A stretch of DNA of 28,329 nucleotides from a virus (taxonomy: Duplodnaviria > Caudoviricetes). The stretch lies in IMG/VR virus record IMGVR_UViG_3300032136_000018, positions 1-28,329 of that record. One strand, given 5' to 3'. A program made the translations under genes and the position numbers. Under the pieces are notes generated by a model. It was not told the origin of the DNA, searched no databases, and saw nothing but the letters and a program-made list of their open reading frames with translations. Shown in pieces: positions 24,862-28,329 of this stretch; position 1 is the stretch's first letter; every line of letters begins with the position of its first letter.

Positions 24862-25073
24862 AGAATCAACCAAAACCAGATGAAAAGATTGTTCCACTCA
24901 AGCTCATTCAAGATCGAAGCGAGTTTTCTGCTATAGGTACGTGCAAATGTGGTCGCACTCTTACCATGACCAATCTTCACAAGTCAATAGATGAACCACT
25001 CTTAGCGCAAGCCGAAATGATTTGCGGTGGGTGTCAAAGAGCTTATAGGTTCATTGTTGTAGAACAGGAGTAA
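24858..25073 (+). CDS. Small Zn-ribbon protein
   Basis: CKCG...CGGC; ATGA overlap with the exonuclease; AGGAG SD. Confidence 0.55.
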   Translation: MKNQPKPDEKIVPLKLIQDRSEFSAIGTCKCGRTLTMTNLHKSIDEPLLAQAEMICGGCQRAYRFIVVEQE

Positions 25074-25076
25074 ACA

Positions 25077-25580
25077 ATGACAAAAAGAAAACACCACCCA
25101 TTTGGTCCAATGGTGAAACTCAGTAAAAACTTCACATATGGTGAGATGACTAAATCTAAAACAGCACAAAGAATGGGTATCAAGAATATACCAAATTACG
25201 AACAACTAGATGCTTTAATCGATCTCTGTGTTAATATTCTTCAACCAATTCGTGATCACTTTAAGAAGCCGGTACATGTTAACAGCGGCTTCCGTGGTAC
25301 AGAGGTAAACAATGCTGTTCCTGGCAGCAGCAGAACAAGCCAACACAAGAAAGGTGAAGCTGCTGATATCGAAATTTACGGTATCTCGAATATTGCTCTT
25401 GCTGAGTGGATCAGAGACAATCTTGAATTCGATCAATTGATTCTTGAGTATCATACTCTTGAAGATATCAATAGTGGTTGGGTTCATGTTAGTTATACAT
25501 ATAGGCGAAGAAATAGAAGACAAGTTCTTTCAAAACTCTCTGGTGAGAAAAGATATCGCAAGGGGCTTGTTACTCAATGA
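25077..25580 (+). CDS. Peptidase M15A family endolysin (Zn peptidoglycan peptidase)
   Basis: LSKNFT..E...S.TA, LQPIRD, SGFR, SQH..GEAAD, FDQLILE, WVHVSY. Confidence 0.9.
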   Translation: MTKRKHHPFGPMVKLSKNFTYGEMTKSKTAQRMGIKNIPNYEQLDALIDLCVNILQPIRDHFKKPVHVNSGFRGTEVNNAVPGSSRTSQHKKGEAADIEIYGISNIALAEWIRDNLEFDQLILEYHTLEDINSGWVHVSYTYRRRNRRQVLSKLSGEKRYRKGLVTQ

Positions 25581-26074
25581 GCAAACAGATTCGTTTCATG
25601 CGGCCTAGTCCGCAATCTATTATCAACGACATCTTCCTGCGTGGTGCTCAAGCTGAGCGCACCATGATGATTATCGTTGATAGCTACTTTGTAGGACAAC
25701 CTGATTCTGTCAAGCCAGGAGATAGAGTTCCGCCTCTATATAATCTTGGTATAGAATCTGAAAAGAAAGCTTTAGAGATATTCGAAAAGACAATGAAGCA
25801 ATTGAAGGCTACTAATTGGAAATTCAGAATGACTTCGGATATCGGAAAAGGACCGTATCTTGAGGTGATAAAAAAATACACAAGCAAAGAAGTGAAGTTC
25901 ACTGACTTCGAATCATTTGCAGATAAGACACGTTCTCTGATTGTCTTTGCTAGAAGAGACAGTCGTGGCGATCAGTGGGAAAAAATCGCCAACAGATATC
26001 TCGAGCTGGGTAAACCAGTTTGTGTGGTAGACGAGTTTGGCGTGAAGAGATATCCTAGAACAGATTATCCTTGA
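25577..26074 (+). CDS. Hypothetical protein, weakly SLOG/YspA-like
   Basis: C-terminal LIVF...DSRG.....IA......GKPVCVV resembles the SLOG C-terminal motif; ATGA overlap with the endolysin. Confidence 0.4.
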   Translation: MSKQIRFMRPSPQSIINDIFLRGAQAERTMMIIVDSYFVGQPDSVKPGDRVPPLYNLGIESEKKALEIFEKTMKQLKATNWKFRMTSDIGKGPYLEVIKKYTSKEVKFTDFESFADKTRSLIVFARRDSRGDQWEKIANRYLELGKPVCVVDEFGVKRYPRTDYP

Positions 26075-26316
26075 CCTACCTGCCCTCTGGGCTTTCCTCT
26101 AGCTCTAGCACCAGCAATGCGACTAATATCTCTAGTCGCTTTCTTCACGGTATCAGGATCTCGACGATCAAGTGTAGCTGGAGGGTCAGCAATTCTTTCG
26201 AGATGGTGTTCGATTCTTTTTAAATGCAAATTTAGTTTTCGAAACTCAGCCAACATGTAGTTTCTAACATGCAATTCGCTAATCAGATGTTCCTCTCTCT
26301 TTGTTTCCTCAGACAT
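26065..26316 (-). CDS. Hypothetical protein
   Basis: GGAG SD before MSEETK; short coiled coil; stop overlaps the convergent plus-strand gene. Confidence 0.5.
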   Translation of the reverse strand: MSEETKREEHLISELHVRNYMLAEFRKLNLHLKRIEHHLERIADPPATLDRRDPDTVKKATRDISRIAGARARGKPRGQVGQG

Positions 26317-26359
26317 TTGCTTCTCCGTTCTTCGCTTCATCTTCTTTTGTTTTTTATAC

Positions 26360-26593
26360 TTATTCTTCTTTTAGAACTGTTTTCTCGGGAGCTATCTTTG
26401 CTAGCTCACGTTCAACAGTAAACTTCACATCACGAATGAATTCATCACGCATGAAGGATGGTGGTTCGCCTCTTGGGCTTTGAGCGTGCTTTGGATACGC
26501 CTTCCACAGTTTGTTAAACCATTTGTTCCACAGATATTCAGGAGTACCACGCCTATATCTGTTGGCCATATATCTTTCAGGTTTGTGTGGCAT
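26360..26593 (-). CDS. Hypothetical protein
   Basis: Likely start MPHKPERY overlapping the end of the kinase gene; same strand as neighbours. Confidence 0.45.
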   Translation of the reverse strand: MPHKPERYMANRYRRGTPEYLWNKWFNKLWKAYPKHAQSPRGEPPSFMRDEFIRDVKFTVERELAKIAPEKTVLKEE

Positions 26594-27251
26594 CTTTTCT
26601 TCTGATGTGTGGATACTCTTTGAGGATGGCTGCAACAACCACCTCTGGATTTTGATTACGACAATTCCAAGGAATTCTTATCACCTTTGTCTTACCAGAC
26701 CATTCATGTTTTCCATGTTCAATACGAACCATCAAATCATAGTGTTCGTTTCTAACTTCAACCAGATAGTCTAAATCAATCTTCTTCTCAGCTTCTCTGC
26801 CTCTACTCTCAATGCGCGCCATTGCTTCTTCTGGATACACATCAAGATAAACCATCAATGCAGAAGCTTTTGGTCTATTGAAGATATTCTTGTAGAAGAG
26901 CTTGTATAGCTCGTGCTCTCTTTCTTGAATGTTGCCTCTCTTATAGTGTACAGCTTCGAAAGCCTCATCACCAGGCAACCCTCTATCAATCACCACAGCA
27001 TCAAACTGAGTTCCAAATAAAGCTTCAGCTGTAGCAAGCTCATGTATCTCACCGCGCTTCAGAGCAAACCAAAGCTGAGCTAATGCAACAAACTGTTCTG
27101 GCTTCTCATACGAATCACCAAAATAAGGATTCTGTTCAAATGGTTCATCGAACGCTCTGATGTTCAACATTGTTCTCAGATATTCCAACAATGTTGTTTT
27201 GCCACCACCAATGATGCTCTCCAACCAAATGATAGGACATTCTTTCATCAT
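26577..27251 (-). CDS. Deoxynucleoside kinase (dNK family)
   Basis: P-loop ESIIGGGKTT, EP...NPY, DR...D, VYLD..PE....RI..RGR..E..I..DYL. Confidence 0.9.
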   Translation of the reverse strand: MMKECPIIWLESIIGGGKTTLLEYLRTMLNIRAFDEPFEQNPYFGDSYEKPEQFVALAQLWFALKRGEIHELATAEALFGTQFDAVVIDRGLPGDEAFEAVHYKRGNIQEREHELYKLFYKNIFNRPKASALMVYLDVYPEEAMARIESRGREAEKKIDLDYLVEVRNEHYDLMVRIEHGKHEWSGKTKVIRIPWNCRNQNPEVVVAAILKEYPHIRRKDATQT

Positions 27252-27742
27252 AACCATCCTGTGTTTTTAAGAGTCAAAAATACAGTACCAATAATTACAC
27301 AAGCTCCCATCAATCTCAAAGTCCATGGTGATAAATCTATATTCCTTGCTGCTTTTCTTAAATCAGATTTCTCAGACATTCCAAGAGAACCAACAAACAA
27401 ATCTACAAGAGCAGAACCACAAAATACCATCATGAAGTAAGAGGTAGGCGCAGGCATCAGACTAACAAATGGCAAAGCTATAGCACCAAGAACATCAGGT
27501 ATCCTTGGTGCTAAGCTTATTGCCGCTTGCTGTTTTTCGTTAACTCTTTTTAGTGGAATGTAGAAGCAGGAAGCAAACTGTATTCGAAAATGTTTGGCTT
27601 CCTTGAGTTTTGGAATAAGATTTATTTCCCAATAGGAAATACCCACAAGTAGGCGGGCCATTAGAACATGAGACAATTCGTGAATGGCTGCCCACAGCAC
27701 GTAGCATAGAGCAGCAAAAGCCACTAGCAAAAACCACACCAT
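27248..27742 (-). CDS. Membrane zinc metalloprotease-like protein (M50/DUF3267-like)
   Basis: HELSH (HExxH) directly after TM1, ISLAP motif, downstream SD motif, about four hydrophobic segments. Confidence 0.6.
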   Translation of the reverse strand: MVWFLLVAFAALCYVLWAAIHELSHVLMARLLVGISYWEINLIPKLKEAKHFRIQFASCFYIPLKRVNEKQQAAISLAPRIPDVLGAIALPFVSLMPAPTSYFMMVFCGSALVDLFVGSLGMSEKSDLRKAARNIDLSPWTLRLMGACVIIGTVFLTLKNTGWL

Positions 27743-28147
27743 CTACTGCCCCAAAACCTCATCCTTGAACTTCTTCAGGACACGAGCCTTGGCTACGGTC
27801 TTGGCCTTGATGCGTATCTTCTCCCCTGTGGCCGGATTGCGCCCCCAGCGAGCCTTGGTGCGCCTCTTGGTGAGCTTAATCATGCCGGGGATGGTGAAGG
27901 AGCCATTCTTCTTCACTTGCTTCACAGCGAGTTCTACGAAGTCTGCGATGAAGTCTCGAGCCTCCCCTGGCTTCATCTCATAGAGGTCAGCCATGTGGCG
28001 GGCGATCTCCATTTTGGTCATCGCCTTCTTGGTGGTGGCCTTCTTTTTCTTGGGCTTGATCTTTCCGCTTCTCACATCCCTCCAATACTTCTTCATACGT
28101 TCACTAGCAGTCATCACCTTCTTCTTTGTCTTCTTCTTCGCTGGCAT
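27743..28147 (-). CDS. hup: HU family DNA-binding protein with Lys-rich N-terminal extension
   Basis: MTK.EI...A, FTIPG..KL and AR.GRNPATGEKIRI.AK motifs; AGGAGG SD. Confidence 0.9.
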   Translation of the reverse strand: MPAKKKTKKKVMTASERMKKYWRDVRSGKIKPKKKKATTKKAMTKMEIARHMADLYEMKPGEARDFIADFVELAVKQVKKNGSFTIPGMIKLTKRRTKARWGRNPATGEKIRIKAKTVAKARVLKKFKDEVLGQ

Positions 28148-28169
28148 CTTATCCTCCTTTTATCTTGTG

Positions 28170-28244
28170 TGGTGGGCCTACCAGGATTCGAACCTGGGGC
28201 CTATCGGTTATGAGCCGATGGCTCTACCGCTGAGCTACAGGCCC
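28170..28244 (-). tRNA. tRNA-Ile2 (CAU anticodon, lysidine type), with encoded CCA
   Basis: GGGCCTGTAGCTCAGCGGTAGAGCCATCGGCTCATAACCGATAGGCCCCAGGTTCGAATCCTGGTAGGCCCACCA folds into a cloverleaf with anticodon CAT. C4-G69, C5-G68 and C29-G41 favour Ile2; there is no C1 mismatch or triple G-C anticodon stem of initiator Met. Elongator Met is not fully excluded. Confidence 0.88.
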
Positions 28245-28250
28245 GCTGTC

Positions 28251-28329
28251 CTACGCGCTTTCTCTGTAACTTCGATATCATCAAACAGAACAGGAATCTT
28301 TGCTTTGAATGTATCAAGCAAAGGAATGG
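28251..28329 (-). CDS. thyX: 3' end of a truncated CDS, probably flavin-dependent thymidylate synthase
   Basis: Translates to ...IPLLDTFKAKIPVLFDDIEVTEKAR*, resembling the ThyX C-terminal PLL....K..IP..FDDI; only 25 codons are visible. Confidence 0.5.

Noticed and set aside
28170-28244. tRNA as a prophage attachment site / host boundary
   Set aside because: No integrase or duplicated tRNA 3' end is visible, and phage-type genes flank both sides in one operon.
44-28253. Stop-codon reassignment suggested by many TAG stops plus a phage tRNA
   Set aside because: TAGs fall at the natural ends of full-length proteins, next to the following SD/start. Genes are not fragmented under code 11, and the tRNA is not a suppressor.
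1-28329. CRISPR array, DGR template/variable repeats, IS elements, tail sheath gene
   Set aside because: I saw no regularly spaced DNA repeats, adenine-specific near-duplicates, reverse transcriptase, transposase or sheath motifs by eye. A self dot-plot would be needed to exclude subtle repeats.

Overview
This window is part of a tailed dsDNA phage (Caudoviricetes) genome. Most of it (44-23807, minus strand) is one long morphogenesis operon, read from right to left. It runs from HTH small terminase through Mu gp28-like large terminase, DUF935-type portal, Mu-type protease/scaffold, head decoration protein and Phage_cap_E-type major capsid protein. An unusual ~11 kb accessory block follows, then the head-tail adaptor, neck protein, tail terminator and tail tube. 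The accessory block holds holin- and spanin-like genes, several head-fibre/spike-like genes, and a tightly linked trio of TM/coiled-coil protein, stand-alone MshEN (c-di-GMP-binding type) protein and patatin phospholipase. To the right are a short plus-strand island (5'-3' exonuclease, Zn-ribbon protein, peptidase M15 endolysin, SLOG-like protein) and a minus-strand nucleotide/nucleoid cluster (deoxynucleoside kinase, HExxH membrane protein, HU with a basic extension, tRNA-Ile2(CAU), 3' end of a probable thyX). The most notable observation is the MshEN + patatin module in the late operon. Others are nested and shared domain insertions in core virion proteins and a high-GC mosaic segment with a breakpoint inside a gene. 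All family calls come from reading motifs by eye; no database searches were run.
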